From an uncultured Chloroflexia bacterium (GTDB lineage Bacteria; Chloroflexota; Anaerolineae; B4-G1; SLSP01): 64,000 nucleotides of DNA. The notes beneath the pieces are model-generated. The model searched no databases and was not told the DNA's origin. It worked only from the letters and a program-made list of their open reading frames with translations. The translations under genes and the position numbers were made by a program. The DNA is taken from contig CAVVUS010000019.1 of the NCBI GenBank assembly GCA_963751345.1, forward strand, positions 32,001 to 96,000. Reading direction: 5' to 3'. Position 1 is the stretch's first letter; the number at the start of each line of letters is the position of its first letter. Below are positions 32,848-43,655 of the stretch, piece after piece.

Positions 32848-33991
32848 TCAGTTCAGCGCCCTGCGCACGTAGCGCAGCGAGAAGGTGCCGATGACCAGGC
32901 CCAGCGCGGCGAGCGCCAGCACCTGGGGCCAGAGCACGTCGAGGCCGGATCCCTTCAGGAGCAGGCCGCGCAGGATGGTCAGCCAATGGTTGGCCGGGAT
33001 GATCTGTGCTACCCACTGGAGCACCTTGGGCATCGACGAGACAGGCGCGGCGTAGCCGGTGAACATGAAGTCGATCATGCCGACCATCAACACGAGCAGG
33101 AAAGCCTGGTGTTGGCTTCGTGAGATCACGGAGATGACGAGCCCCTTGCTGAGCTCGACGAGCAGATAGCCCCACGCAAGCACGACAGAGCAAGGGCAGG
33201 GAGCCACGCACCGGCACGCCGAAGGCGAAGTGGATCACGCCCAGCATCAGCATGAAGTCGGCGAAGCCCACGACTGCCGCGGGGATGGCCTTGCCGACGA
33301 TGATCTCCAGGGACGAGAAGGGCATCACCAGGAGCTGTTCGAGCGTACCCAGTTCGCGCTCCCTGGCGAACGAGAGGGCCGCGAAGAGCAACACGGTGAA
33401 CTCGAGCATCAGCCCGAGCTCCGCCGGGGTGGTGTAGAGCGCATCGCTGAGCGCCTCGTTGTACCACACCCTGAGGCTGGGGGTGAAGCCCTGCACCACG
33501 TCCTTCGAGAGCCCCAGGCGTTCGATCGTGATGTTCTGGCCGAGTTGCCCAATGGCGCCCTCGGCCGCGCGCTGGGCCGCGCCGGCGCTGGTGCTGTCCG
33601 CACCGTCGAGCCAGAGCGCCACGGCGGGGCGATCCGCGATAGCTTGATCCTGACAGCACCTCGCCAGCGCATCGCCAAAGCCGGGAGGGATGACCAGGGC
33701 CGTGCTCACTTCGCCGCGGTCCATGGCCTGCTCGATGGCTGCCAGGCTGGACGCAGGTGTGGGCGGCCCGAAGGTGTCGGTGTTCTCCAAGGCGGTGATC
33801 ACCGAGCGGCTGGCGGCGGTGCGATCCTGGTCGAGCACCATCAGGGTCAGGTTGGAGATCGGACGGGAGGTTGCCCAGCCGACGAGCAGCAGCTCGGACG
33901 TTCCGCCGATAAGCATGAAGGCGGGCATCCACCAATCGTGCAAGAGGTGCAGGAACTCCTTGAGTGCCAGGGACCAGATACGACGTAACAT
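32848..33991 (-). CDS. ABC-2 type exporter permease (YbhR/S-like), frameshift near 33190
   Basis: 'KEFLHL', 'VLDQDRTAASR', 'ARERELGTLEQLLVMP', 'GKAIP'; C-terminus in ORF 32848..33207. Confidence 0.88.
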
Positions 33992-33998
33992 GGCTTGC

Positions 33999-35129
33999 CT
34001 ACCCTAGCCTTTTCTGGAAGAACCGCGCGGACACCGCAGTGAAGACGAGGCCCAGACCCACGAGCGCGACTAGATGGGGCCACAAGGTGCCCATCCCGGC
34101 GTCCCGCAGAAAGATCGCGCGGGTGATGATGGCGTAGTGGGTGCCGGGGAGCGCCATCGCCTCCAGTTGCAGCTCCTGAGGCATCGACGAGATGGGGAAG
34201 AAGATGCCCGTGAGGAAGAAGCCCGGGAAGAAGATCACCAGGAACGAGAGCGCCAGGGCCGCGGGTTGCGTTTTCATGAAGACCCCCACCAGCGTGCCCA
34301 TACCCAGCATCGCAAAGAGAAAGACCAGGGAGAAGATGAAGAAGAGTGGGAAGCTGCCATGGAATGGAACCCCGAAGCTGACCATCGCGACCAGGGGGAT
34401 CAGGAGCACGTTGAGCAGCCCCACCGCGATGTAGGGGATCATCTTGCCGACGAGGAGCTCCGCCCGCGTGATGGGCGTCACCATGATCTGCTCCAACGTC
34501 CCGTGCTCTCGTTCATGCGCGATGGCGAGCGCAACGGAGAGCGCCGGGAAGCCGAGGACCAATGAGATCAAGCCCGGTACCAGGTCGACCTGCGACCTGA
34601 GGCCGGGATTGTACCGCGCGCGGACGTCGATCCGGATCGGCTGGAGCGTCTCCACCTGGAGGGGGCCGCCCAGCCGGGCGAGGTACTGCGTGGCGAAGGC
34701 CTCGGCGCGTCCGCTGATGTGCTGGACCGCAAAGGTGCCGCCTTGAGGCTCTGTGCCATCGATGACCACCTGGAGCGGCAGCCCCCGGCCCGCCGAGAGT
34801 TCCTGCTCGAAGGTCGGGGCGATGATCAGTCCCGCCTTGATCTTGCCGCGCATCAGGAGGTCGTCGATGTCGGAGAGTGTCGCGACCTGAGCTGCAAGGT
34901 CCAGATCCACGCCGACCGTGACCTGCTGGATGAAGCTCCGCGAGGCCGCGCTGCGGTCGAGGTCGAGCACCGCGATCGGCACGTGCTTGATGTCGACCGT
35001 GAGCGCGTAGGCCATCACGAAAAGGGTCGCGAGGGGCGTGAGCAGCACCAAGATGAAGGTCGCCCGATCTCGGAAGATGTGCTGGATCTCCTTGCGAATG
35101 ACGGCCCTCAGATGGGCGAAGGCGCTCAT
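33999..35129 (-). CDS. ABC-2 type exporter permease (YbhR/S-like)
   Basis: 'KEIQHIFRD', 'VLDLDRSAASR', 'YNPGL', 'EREHGTLEQIMVTP', 'LTGIFFPISSMP'. Confidence 0.9.
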   Translation of the reverse strand: MSAFAHLRAVIRKEIQHIFRDRATFILVLLTPLATLFVMAYALTVDIKHVPIAVLDLDRSAASRSFIQQVTVGVDLDLAAQVATLSDIDDLLMRGKIKAGLIIAPTFEQELSAGRGLPLQVVIDGTEPQGGTFAVQHISGRAEAFATQYLARLGGPLQVETLQPIRIDVRARYNPGLRSQVDLVPGLISLVLGFPALSVALAIAHEREHGTLEQIMVTPITRAELLVGKMIPYIAVGLLNVLLIPLVAMVSFGVPFHGSFPLFFIFSLVFLFAMLGMGTLVGVFMKTQPAALALSFLVIFFPGFFLTGIFFPISSMPQELQLEAMALPGTHYAIITRAIFLRDAGMGTLWPHLVALVGLGLVFTAVSARFFQKRLG

Positions 35130-35145
35130 ATGACGGAGCGACACG

Positions 35146-36093
35146 TCAGGCCTCCTCTTCCGTCTCGAGACCGCGGACGAGCGAGATAAACGCCTCCTCC
35201 ATCCTGGGTCGGGCCAGGCGCAAGGCCTGGGTCTCCAGCCCGGCCTCGGCGAGTCGCGCACGGATCTCGGGCAGCCGCCGCGCCGCGTCATCGACGATAA
35301 GGTGGAGCGACGCGCCGTAGGTCTGCATCTCGCGCACGCCCGGCGCGTTGCCCAGCAGCGTACGGGCAGCCTGCCAGTCCTCGGCTTGCACCTCGATCAG
35401 GTCGCCACCGATATCCTGGCGGATGACCTCGGGACGGTCGCAGCGGATCAGGCGGCCCTCGTACATCAGCGCCACGCGGGAGCAGCGATCGGCCTCGTCC
35501 ATATAGGGCGTGCTGACGATCACCGTCGTCCCACCGGTGTAGAGTTCGGTCAGGATCTCCCAGAACTCGCGACGCGAGACGGGGTCGACGCCGGTGGTCG
35601 GCTCGTCGAGCAGGAGCAGGGGGGGCTCGTGGATGAGCGTGCAGGCCAGGGCCAGCTTCTTCTTCATGCCGCCCGAGAGGTAGATGGCGCGCCGCTCCTT
35701 GAACGGTGCCAGGCCGGCGAAGTCCAGTAGACGTTCCGTTCGGGCAACTCGCTCGGCAGCGGGGACATCGTAGAGTTCCGCGAAGAAGGTCAGGTTCTCG
35801 ACGACGCTCAGCTCGCCGTAGAGGCTGAAACGCTGGGCCATGTAGCCGATGAGCGGCTTGACCGCCTCGGCGTCGCGCGCCAGGTCGTGGCCTGCGACGG
35901 TCGCCGACCCGGCGGAGATGGTCAGCAGGCCGGCCAGGAGGCGCAGCGTCGTCGTCTTCCCGGCGCCATCGGGACCCACCAGGCCGAAGAGCTCGCCACG
36001 CCTGATCTCCAGATCGAGCCCGGCGACGGCGCGCGTGTGTTTGAAGTCACGCGTCAGCCCCTGCGTGGCAACCACGATGTCCTCGTCTCTCAT
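35146..36093 (-). CDS. ABC-2 type exporter ATP-binding protein
   Basis: 'GPDGAGKTT', 'LSGGMKKK', 'LLLDEPTTGVDP', 'STPYMDEADRC'. Confidence 0.93.
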   Translation of the reverse strand: MRDEDIVVATQGLTRDFKHTRAVAGLDLEIRRGELFGLVGPDGAGKTTTLRLLAGLLTISAGSATVAGHDLARDAEAVKPLIGYMAQRFSLYGELSVVENLTFFAELYDVPAAERVARTERLLDFAGLAPFKERRAIYLSGGMKKKLALACTLIHEPPLLLLDEPTTGVDPVSRREFWEILTELYTGGTTVIVSTPYMDEADRCSRVALMYEGRLIRCDRPEVIRQDIGGDLIEVQAEDWQAARTLLGNAPGVREMQTYGASLHLIVDDAARRLPEIRARLAEAGLETQALRLARPRMEEAFISLVRGLETEEEA

Positions 36094-36173
36094 CTACCTA
36101 TGCCCCCTCCGCGGTGCCGGGCACTGCGCCTCGGACGGCGGGAAGTGCCAGGCACCCGGTCCGGCGAGTCCAC

Positions 36174-36782
36174 TCATGCGTCCACCTCCACGAGCAGACC
36201 GCGCAGTAGCGTATCGACGAAGGCCGCGGTGATGCGGGGCAGATCCAGGTCCGGTTTGAACATCGCGTAGGCTGCCAGGCCATCGTAGGCCGCCATCAAC
36301 GCATAGACGATGCTGTCGGCGTCGACGTCACGGAACTCGCCCTGGGCGACACCGCGCTCGATGACGCCCACGAGCACTTGCTTGTACTCATCCAGCACCT
36401 GAACCCACAGCCCGGCAGCGTCCTCGCGGTTAGGGGTCGAGGCCCAGTATTCCAGAAAGAGGCCGAAGAGCCCCTCAGCCCAGTCGGCAAGGCGCGTCAT
36501 CGCCGCGGCCAGCGCCCGGATGGTCTCGGCTGCGGTGGGGTGGGCCAGGACCTCGCCGAGCACCTCTTCGCCGAACGCTGTGTCGAAGGCCGAGAACATC
36601 GCGGCCTGGAGCAGATCCTCCTTGCTGTCGAAGTACCAGTAGAGCGTGCCTTTGCTGGTCTCGCTGGCCGCGGCGATCTCATCCATCGTCGTCTTGTTGT
36701 AGCCGTTGCGCTGGAAGCACTCCAGGGCAGCGGCCAGGATGCGGCGGCGGGCCTCCGTGTCGGTGGTGGACTTAGGTGCCAT
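36174..36782 (-). CDS. TetR/AcrR family transcriptional regulator
   Basis: 'RRILAAALECF..NGYNKTTMDEIAAASETSKGTLYWYFDSKEDLL'. Confidence 0.95.
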   Translation of the reverse strand: MAPKSTTDTEARRRILAAALECFQRNGYNKTTMDEIAAASETSKGTLYWYFDSKEDLLQAAMFSAFDTAFGEEVLGEVLAHPTAAETIRALAAAMTRLADWAEGLFGLFLEYWASTPNREDAAGLWVQVLDEYKQVLVGVIERGVAQGEFRDVDADSIVYALMAAYDGLAAYAMFKPDLDLPRITAAFVDTLLRGLLVEVDA

Positions 36783-36812
36783 CCCCTCTCCGTTCTTGCG
36801 ACCGGTGTCTTG

Positions 36813-36866
36813 TAGACTGACCGGTCAGTCTATGAACAGTTTACGACTGATTGCACTTCGTGTCAA
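36813..36866 (-). promoter_or_regulatory. Sigma70 promoter with perfect 20-bp palindromic operator (likely TetR autoregulatory site)
   Basis: Minus strand TTGACA(36866-36861)-17 nt-TAAACT(36843-36838), followed by the palindrome TAGACTGACCGGTCAGTCTA at 36813..36832. Confidence 0.8.
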
Positions 36867-36920
36867 TAGGGAACCTACGCAAAGGTGTGCGTCAGATTTC
36901 CGGAACCCGTGCTGCTTCTT

Positions 36921-37048
36921 GTAGAGACGGGGCGGTGCCCCGTCTCCGGACGCCGCTTCACCCCGATACCGGGAAGCTCGCAACGGAGATCAGGCCGGGG
37001 TTCAACGATGTCTGCGCGCCAGAAGACGCGCCACCGGCGCGTCTCTAC
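36921..37048. repeat. Inverted pair of GTAG-type REP-like hairpins
   Basis: gtagagacggggcggtgccccgtctc at 36921..36946 and, on the minus strand, gtagagacgcgccggtggcgcgtct at 37024..37048. Confidence 0.7.
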
Positions 37049-37254
37049 GAAAGTTGTGGGGGCGATGCCGAAAACTGACGTGCGCCACCTTCGCAAGGTT
37101 GGCGTACTCGTTGGATGGGGAGTAGACTCCGGGAATCGGCGCCGGCTACCTTCCGGGTTGCTGCGCGGTGAGTTCGTCTGGTAGGCACCCGCGCCAAGCA
37201 ACCCGGAAGGTTTCCGGGCGCTTATGTATATCGCTCTCACCCAGGAGGCTACCT

Positions 37255-38472
37255 GTGACCAAGATCACCGCCGTGAAATGCATCCGCACCCGAGCGACCG
37301 GGATGTGGGCGATTGTGAAGGTGCTGACCGACCAGCCGGGGCTCTACGGCATCGGTTCGGTGAGCGACGTGCGCCACCCTGAGACCGTGATCAAGGCCGT
37401 CGAGACGATCGCGCCCATGTTGATCGGGCGCGACGCGGGCCGGATCGAGGATATCTGGCAGTCGGTCTACACCAGCGCCTACTGGCGCAACGGATCGATC
37501 CTCAACACCGCGCTCGGGGGTATCGACATGGCGCTGTGGGACATCAAGGGCAAGGAGGCCGGGATGCCGGTCTACGCGCTCCTCGGCGGACCGTGTCGGG
37601 CTGCGGTGCCGGCGTATGCCCACGCCGGCGGTCGCGACGTCGACGAGCTCGAACAAGATGTCCGGCGCTATATGGCCGAGGGGTACGAGGTGATTCGCTG
37701 CCAGCTTGGCGCCTATGGTGGCGGCGGCTTCCGCGATCCGGCGACGGTCAGTATGCCGAAGAACGCCTGGCCGATGCGCCACGCCTTCGACGATGAGGCC
37801 TACCTGGAAGCGATCCCCGCGATGTTCGAGGCGTTGCGCGACCGGCTGGGCTTCGGCGTCAAGTTCACCCACGATGTCCACAGCCACCTCCGTCCGCAGA
37901 TGGCCGTGCAACTCGCCAAGCGGCTGGAGCCCTACCGGCTCTTCTTCGTGGAGGACATCCTGCCGCCGGAGCAGGTCGCCTGGTACCGGCTGATCCGCGA
38001 GCAGTGCGCCACGCCGCAGGCGGTCGGCGAGCTCTTTGTCAACCCACAGGAGTACGTCCCGCTGATCAGCGAGCGGTTGATCGATTTCATCCGCGTGCGG
38101 GTGTCCAAGGGCGGCGGCATCACGCCGTGCCGCAAGATCGCGGCGCTGGGCGAGTGGTTCGGGGTCCACACGGCCTGGCAGGAGGGCGGCGACAACGACC
38201 CGGTGAACCAGATGGCTGCGTGTCACCTCGATATGGCGAGCTGGACCTTCGGGATCCAGGAGGAAAACGACTTCCGGCCTGAGGAGAAGGCCGTCTTCCC
38301 CGGCCACGCGGTGCTGGAGGGGGGCTATCTCTATCCGAATGAGCAGCCGGGACTGGGCATTGACATCGACGAGGAGGGCGCTGCGGCGCTGCTCGATCCC
38401 GAGCGGATGAAGCGGAGCTTCCTCCACGGTGAGCCCGACCGCAAGGCGGATGGCACGGCGGTCCGGCCGTAG
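37255..38472 (+). CDS. RspA/ManD-like sugar-acid dehydratase (enolase superfamily)
   Basis: GTG 37255 behind aggagg; 'KVLTDQPGLYGIG', 'IEDIWQ...YWRNG', 'IDMALWDIKGK', 'HDVH', 'FFVEDILPPE', 'AVGE', 'GGITP', 'FGIQE'. Confidence 0.88.
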   Translation: MTKITAVKCIRTRATGMWAIVKVLTDQPGLYGIGSVSDVRHPETVIKAVETIAPMLIGRDAGRIEDIWQSVYTSAYWRNGSILNTALGGIDMALWDIKGKEAGMPVYALLGGPCRAAVPAYAHAGGRDVDELEQDVRRYMAEGYEVIRCQLGAYGGGGFRDPATVSMPKNAWPMRHAFDDEAYLEAIPAMFEALRDRLGFGVKFTHDVHSHLRPQMAVQLAKRLEPYRLFFVEDILPPEQVAWYRLIREQCATPQAVGELFVNPQEYVPLISERLIDFIRVRVSKGGGITPCRKIAALGEWFGVHTAWQEGGDNDPVNQMAACHLDMASWTFGIQEENDFRPEEKAVFPGHAVLEGGYLYPNEQPGLGIDIDEEGAAALLDPERMKRSFLHGEPDRKADGTAVRP

Positions 38473-38501
38473 GGGAGGCAGAACGACAGAGGGGGAGGCG
38501 A

Positions 38502-38526
38502 AACGACTGAAGTCGTTACTGCGAAC
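38502..38526 (-). repeat. Short palindromic REP-like element
   Basis: aacgactgaagtcgtt palindrome followed by actgcgaac; reads gttcgcagtaacgacttcagtcgtt on the minus strand. Confidence 0.55.
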
Positions 38527-38827
38527 CTGGGCGGTTCGGGATCGTGGCACCGCCTCAGCGTTTCCAACGATGGGCGCGCGAGCTGCAACTCTGGCCTGCT
38601 TTGGTATGAGCACCGGGCTGCGGCGGGACCGCCATGCCCGTTGACGGGGCACTGTCCCATCCCTAGTGCAAGATCAGGCGAAGTCTTCGGGACGGTCGGC
38701 GAAGACCTTTGGGGTTTCCTCGTCGAGTAGGCACCTGCTTGTGAAGGCCCGAGGCTACTCGGGCATGACCCCAAAGGTCTCAGCGCGGGCGAGGAGGTCC
38801 TTTCCCGAGGATCTCTTCTGTCTTCGA

Positions 38828-41800
38828 CTAGGGGAGGTAGGGCAGGACCTTAACGGGGATGGTGATCCGGCGCCGGACGGCCATGCCGTTGTCGGCCACC
38901 GCGGCCAGTGTGGCGGTGAAGAGCGCCTCCATCGGCGCCGGCAAGTCACGCGCGTAGAGCGTCCAGCCCGGGCCGGGCTGTGTGTTGGCATGGAACGGCA
39001 CCTTGGGGCTATCGTGCCAGTCCACGACCAGGTCGAGGTCTGGGGGCCACATCACCCAGAAGGGAGCGACCTCCTGGTGGAGGTGAGACACCGCGCCGAG
39101 GTCGACCGTGACATTGGTGTCGTAGGCCTCGGGTGGCTCCCAAAGTCGTGGTGGGCGCCCCGCCACTACCCATGGACCTGGGCATGTCAGCGTGACGTTC
39201 ACGTCCTGCAGGTCGAGCCCGGTACCGTTCGCCACGAGCAGCCGCATCGTCAGGGGCATGGCATGGGGATCCCAGAGTGCATCGAGTTCCCAATGGCCCC
39301 ATAGCTGTTCGGGGCCAAACCGCTTGAAGACGATGCCGTCCTGGCCCATCGCCGCCACGGCCTTGGCCACCATGGCCGTCTCGGTGAGACTCTCGGGCTC
39401 GCCGCCATCCAGCGCGGCGTGCAGCATCTGCAGCGTGGCCCCAGGGGCGGCCAGTCCGGCGCGCCAGGCCATCGTGCCGGCGGCACCGGTGTCCGGCGGC
39501 CGCAGGCCCACCTTGACCATCCACGGCTCAGTGTTGTGGTTGGTCACCTGGACCAGGGTGTAGCGCTCGTCGGGCTCGTCGGTCTGCCAGGGGGAGACGG
39601 CTCCCGTGTCAACCACGCCCGCACGCACCTCGTCATCGCCGTCATCATTCGGCCCCTCGTGCCAGAGGATGTCAAAACGGTACGGGCCGGCGCGGAATCC
39701 GCGCCACGTCACACCCGTCAGCAGGCCGCGAGGTGCCACGGTCAGCGTGTGGCTGGCTGCGTCGACCTCCAGCCCAAGCCACTGCCTGAGATAGTGCCAG
39801 GCAAAGGCGCCCTGGCCCTGGCTGCAGCGGGTCAGAGAGCGCTTGTACTCCAGGCCGTGCGGCCACCAGAAGACGCTGCCGGTCACCTCGTCGACGGCGC
39901 AGTCCCAGAGCGTGCGGAAGGCTTCGACCATCTCCTGGCGCGTGATGCTCCCGGCGAGGCGCGAGAAGAAGGCCGTGCCATCCAGCGCACCGGCGGAAAA
40001 GCCCCGCGGGGTCCAGCGGAGCGCCCCAAACTCCGGATCGAAGTTCGCACACCACGGCGACCGCGCGAAGCGATGGTAGTTGACCCACGCGGCGTCGCTG
40101 AATTCGATCATCCCGTAGGTGGGGGCCAGCATGCTGGAGGTGTCCTCTCCGTCGTAGTACGGTGCTCCCTTGCCGGTCGCGCTTTCGGCGAGGTAGAACG
40201 TGCCCGGATCCTCCCCGAGATTGGTGCCCCCGACGATCTGCCGGCCGAAGGGCCCGTTGCCCGTCATCCTGAGGGCGATCGCATCGCGGAGGGCGGTCGC
40301 CGTCTCACGGAGCGATTCCGCGCCGTGTGTGTCACCGACCCGCTCCAGCAGGTAAGCCATCGAGTCGAGCGCGTACCAGACCTTGACGTTGGTTCCATAA
40401 TCATACCGTCGCCCGACCGGGCCATCGCTGGCATAGCGCGTCGGGAAGAGCGTCTCGTCCGGCGCCTTGAGCGCCATCACATCGGCGACGATGCGGCGCA
40501 GACCGCTCATGACGGCGGTCTCGTGGACGAGGTGCGCGACATTCCCCGTCACCTGCAGCCACTGCCGGGCAATGATGACGGGGGCGACGAGGATCGGGAC
40601 CGAGTGGTCCTGGGGCCCTCTTGGCGCGTGACTTCGCTCCAGGAAGAAGCGCAGGGCAGCCCAGGCAAGCTCCGGGCAGATGATGGACGATGCTGACGGC
40701 GGTGGGTTCCACATCGATGCCCCAGATGGTGCCGTAGCCGTGGGAGGGGGCGCCCTGCCAGTGGGCCAGCAGGTTGCCCCCGGCATCGGTCTGCAGGCAG
40801 TTGAAGTTGTCCAGCAGGCTACGCACGTAGACGTCACGGCTGCACAGCGCCTCGTCGGTCGCGCCCTCCGCGCTTACCGCGAGCGATCCCAGCCGCTCGC
40901 GCCAGAAGCCGACTGTCGCGTTGAGCCAATGCCAAGGCCGGCTGCATATGCAGGTCGAAGATCGTGGGAAGCACGCTGTCATAGCCTGCGCCCAGGGCGA
41001 CGTAGGCCTCAAAGGCCTGCTCGGCTCCTGCTGCGAGGGAGAAGGCGACCTCGGCCTCGAAAGGGCTCACAAGCTGCGTCCACTTGCCGTCGTGGAGGTG
41101 GATGCCCGACGGCGCCCCATGCCTGCGACAGGATCAGCGTGTTCTGGCGCAGGCTCACGGCGGGGCGGGTGAAGTCGCGGCGGTCGGGCAGTGCATCCTC
41201 GTAGTGGCCGAGGAGCAGATCGCCGCAGCGGAGCACGACCTTACCCCGGACCGGCGTGGCTCCGGTATTGCGGACGTGCAGGACGTAGAGCACGCCCGCG
41301 GGTCCGGGCAGGGGAGCGGGCGCGAGGGGGGCTGCGTACGGGTCGGTCGCCACGGGAGCATAGCTAACGATAGCTATGTCGAGGCCGTCGGCCGATGCCG
41401 TGGAGATCGGGAGGAAGTCCTCTGCGTAGCCGGTATCGCCGCAGACGCCGGACATTGGGTCATAGGAGGAGGCCGTCACGATGGGATCGTCTCGGCCCTC
41501 GATCTTGAGCCGGAACGTCAGGTTGCCGACGTACATCACGGTGTCGAAGTGATGGTACATCCCGGGGCCCAGCCCGAACTCGCCGGCCCCGGTTGGCGCG
41601 GCGTAGACCTGTGTCGGCATCGCGACAAACCGGAGCATACCGTTGGCTGCATGGCCCAGCAGCACGCGGGCATTCGACTGGGTGAAGAGCGCCTCGGTGT
41701 TGGGTGCCGGGACCTCCGATGGGCCGCGACCGTGCCGGGAGCGATCGAAAGCGACATCGGCCTTCTCGCCGCCGAAGAACGGTGAGTGGCGAGCCCGGGA

Positions 41801-41842
41801 CAGATCGGACCAGGACTTGAAGGCAGGTTCGGTTGGCGGCAT
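38828..41842 (-). CDS. Large putative (alpha/alpha)6-barrel glycoside hydrolase-like protein (distantly GH125-like), multiple frameshifts
   Basis: ORFs 41009..41926, 40834..41070, 40401..41012 and 38828..40837 are collinear. Motifs 'YGTIWGID', 'YDYGTNVKVWYAL', 'YYDGEDTSSMLAPTYG...YHRFARS'. Confidence 0.5.
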
Positions 41843-41948
41843 CCGCGGCCCTCTCGATGTATGTGACGCTGTAACCCTGCCACAATGGTCGGAGCCCGGT
41901 GCATTGCCGACGCGCCCGGACCTCACGCCCGTGCAAGGTTTTACACTC

Positions 41949-41982
41949 TTCCGTATTCTACACTAAAGTTAGAAATACGGAA
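41949..41982. promoter_or_regulatory. Inverted repeat in an AT-rich divergent intergenic region (candidate operator)
   Basis: ttccgtatt-N16-aatacggaa. Confidence 0.45.
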
Positions 41983-42268
41983 ATCGACGTGACCGTGAAG
42001 AGGGCCACGATCCGGCGTGGGTCCGTGCCGGCACGACCCATAGGGGCCAGATGTTGTGGTACCTGCCTTCTACATCGCAAGATCTATACGTCGCCTTCCG
42101 TCCGGCGCCAGCAAGAAATATGTGTTCCATCTCCTTCGGCATCAAAGGATAGTGCGAGAGGGCCCCAACGTTCGCAACGCGATCCACCGCCAAACCCAAC
42201 CAGGCCCAATCCGGCCCTGGTCCGGTCCATGGTATCCTAGATGGGACGTATACGAGAGGGAGGCTACC

Positions 42269-43627
42269 TTGGACCACGTCGACCTTGCGGTCATCGGCAG
42301 TGGACAGGGCGGGGTGCCGCTGGCGATTGAGTACGCCGACCGCGGCTACGATGTGGTGCTCTTCGAGCGCGGCGCGTTTGGCGGTAGCTGTATGAACTAC
42401 GGCTGCACACCCTCGAAGATGCTGCTGGCGTCGGCGCACGCCGCGGCTGCGGCGCGCAATGCGGACGATCTCGGCGTGCATGCCGAGGTCACCGTCGACT
42501 TCGACGCCGTGATGGCACGCATCCGCGAGACGACGTCCGCGTGGAGCGAGCGGACGCGGCGGCATCTGGATGATGCCGGCGTCCGGGTGGTGGCTTCGGA
42601 GGCGCACTTCGTTGGCCCGCGACAGGTCGCGGGTGGCGGGGTGACTGTCGAGGCGGATGCCGTGGTCATCGACACCGGATTGTCTCCCCGTGTCCCGGAG
42701 GTCGCCGGCTCCCCCGGGCTTCGCGCCTCACCCTATCTCACCTATCGCAGCATCTGGGACCTCGCACGCCTGCCCTCTGTCACACTCGTGATGGGAGCCG
42801 GATTCGTGGGTATCGAGCTGGGCCAGGCGCTGGCCCGACTGGGCAGTGAGGTGCACTTCGTCGAACGCCGTGACCGTCCCGTGCCCGAAATGGAGCCGGA
42901 CGTGGGCAAGACGCTGCAGTCGGCACTCGAGGCGGATGGGGCAGCCTTTCACCTGGACTCGGTGGCGTCGTGGGTGGACCACGATGGTGCGATGTTCACG
43001 GTTGGCCTTGATGACGGTGAGGTGTTGACGGGCGACGCGCTGCTGGTTGCCACCGGGCAGCAACCCAACACGGCTGCGCTGAACGCCATGGCGTCCGGCG
43101 TTGAGCTCGATCCGCAGGGCTACGTCCTGGTCGGCCCCCACTTCGGAACCACGTGCCTGGGCGTCTACGCCATCGGGGATGTCACCGGTCAACCCGCGTT
43201 CACCCACGTCTCTGTGGAGGACTACCGGCGGCTCCGGGAGATTCTCGACGGCGGCGTGCGGTCCCGGATGGACCGTGTGCTCGGCTATTCGCTGTTCACC
43301 GAACCCCAGGCGGCGCACGCTGGGCTCACGTTGGCGCAGGCCAGGAAGGAGGGACGCAACGCACGCGAGGAGACGATACAGCTCTCCGAGGTCGTCCGTG
43401 CCACCGAGATAGGTCGCACCCGCGGCTTCTACCGGATGGTCGTCGACAAGAACACGGACCGCATCCTCGGTGCGACCCTGGTCTCGCCTGCGGCTGCGGA
43501 GTTGATTCACATCATCATCGCGCACATCGAGGCGGGCTCGACCTGGCATCTGTTGGATCAGTCGGTCCACATCCATCCCACGTTAGCCGAAGGTCTCCCC
43601 GCGTTGGCGCGGCGCTTTGCAGAGTAG
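42269..43627 (+). CDS. Class I pyridine nucleotide-disulfide oxidoreductase (E3/MerA/RclA-like)
   Basis: 'VIGSGQGG', redox motif 'GGSCMNYGCTPSK', 'GAGFVGIE', 'YAIGDV', 'HIHPTLAE'; TTG start behind gggagg. Confidence 0.9.
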   Translation: MDHVDLAVIGSGQGGVPLAIEYADRGYDVVLFERGAFGGSCMNYGCTPSKMLLASAHAAAAARNADDLGVHAEVTVDFDAVMARIRETTSAWSERTRRHLDDAGVRVVASEAHFVGPRQVAGGGVTVEADAVVIDTGLSPRVPEVAGSPGLRASPYLTYRSIWDLARLPSVTLVMGAGFVGIELGQALARLGSEVHFVERRDRPVPEMEPDVGKTLQSALEADGAAFHLDSVASWVDHDGAMFTVGLDDGEVLTGDALLVATGQQPNTAALNAMASGVELDPQGYVLVGPHFGTTCLGVYAIGDVTGQPAFTHVSVEDYRRLREILDGGVRSRMDRVLGYSLFTEPQAAHAGLTLAQARKEGRNAREETIQLSEVVRATEIGRTRGFYRMVVDKNTDRILGATLVSPAAAELIHIIIAHIEAGSTWHLLDQSVHIHPTLAEGLPALARRFAE

Positions 43628-43655
43628 TAGGTGGTTCATTATGAGCATCACTGTT

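Noticed and set aside
42269-43627. Mercuric reductase merA
   Set aside because: It lacks the C-terminal Cys-Cys pair and the N-terminal HMA domain, and there are no mer genes nearby.
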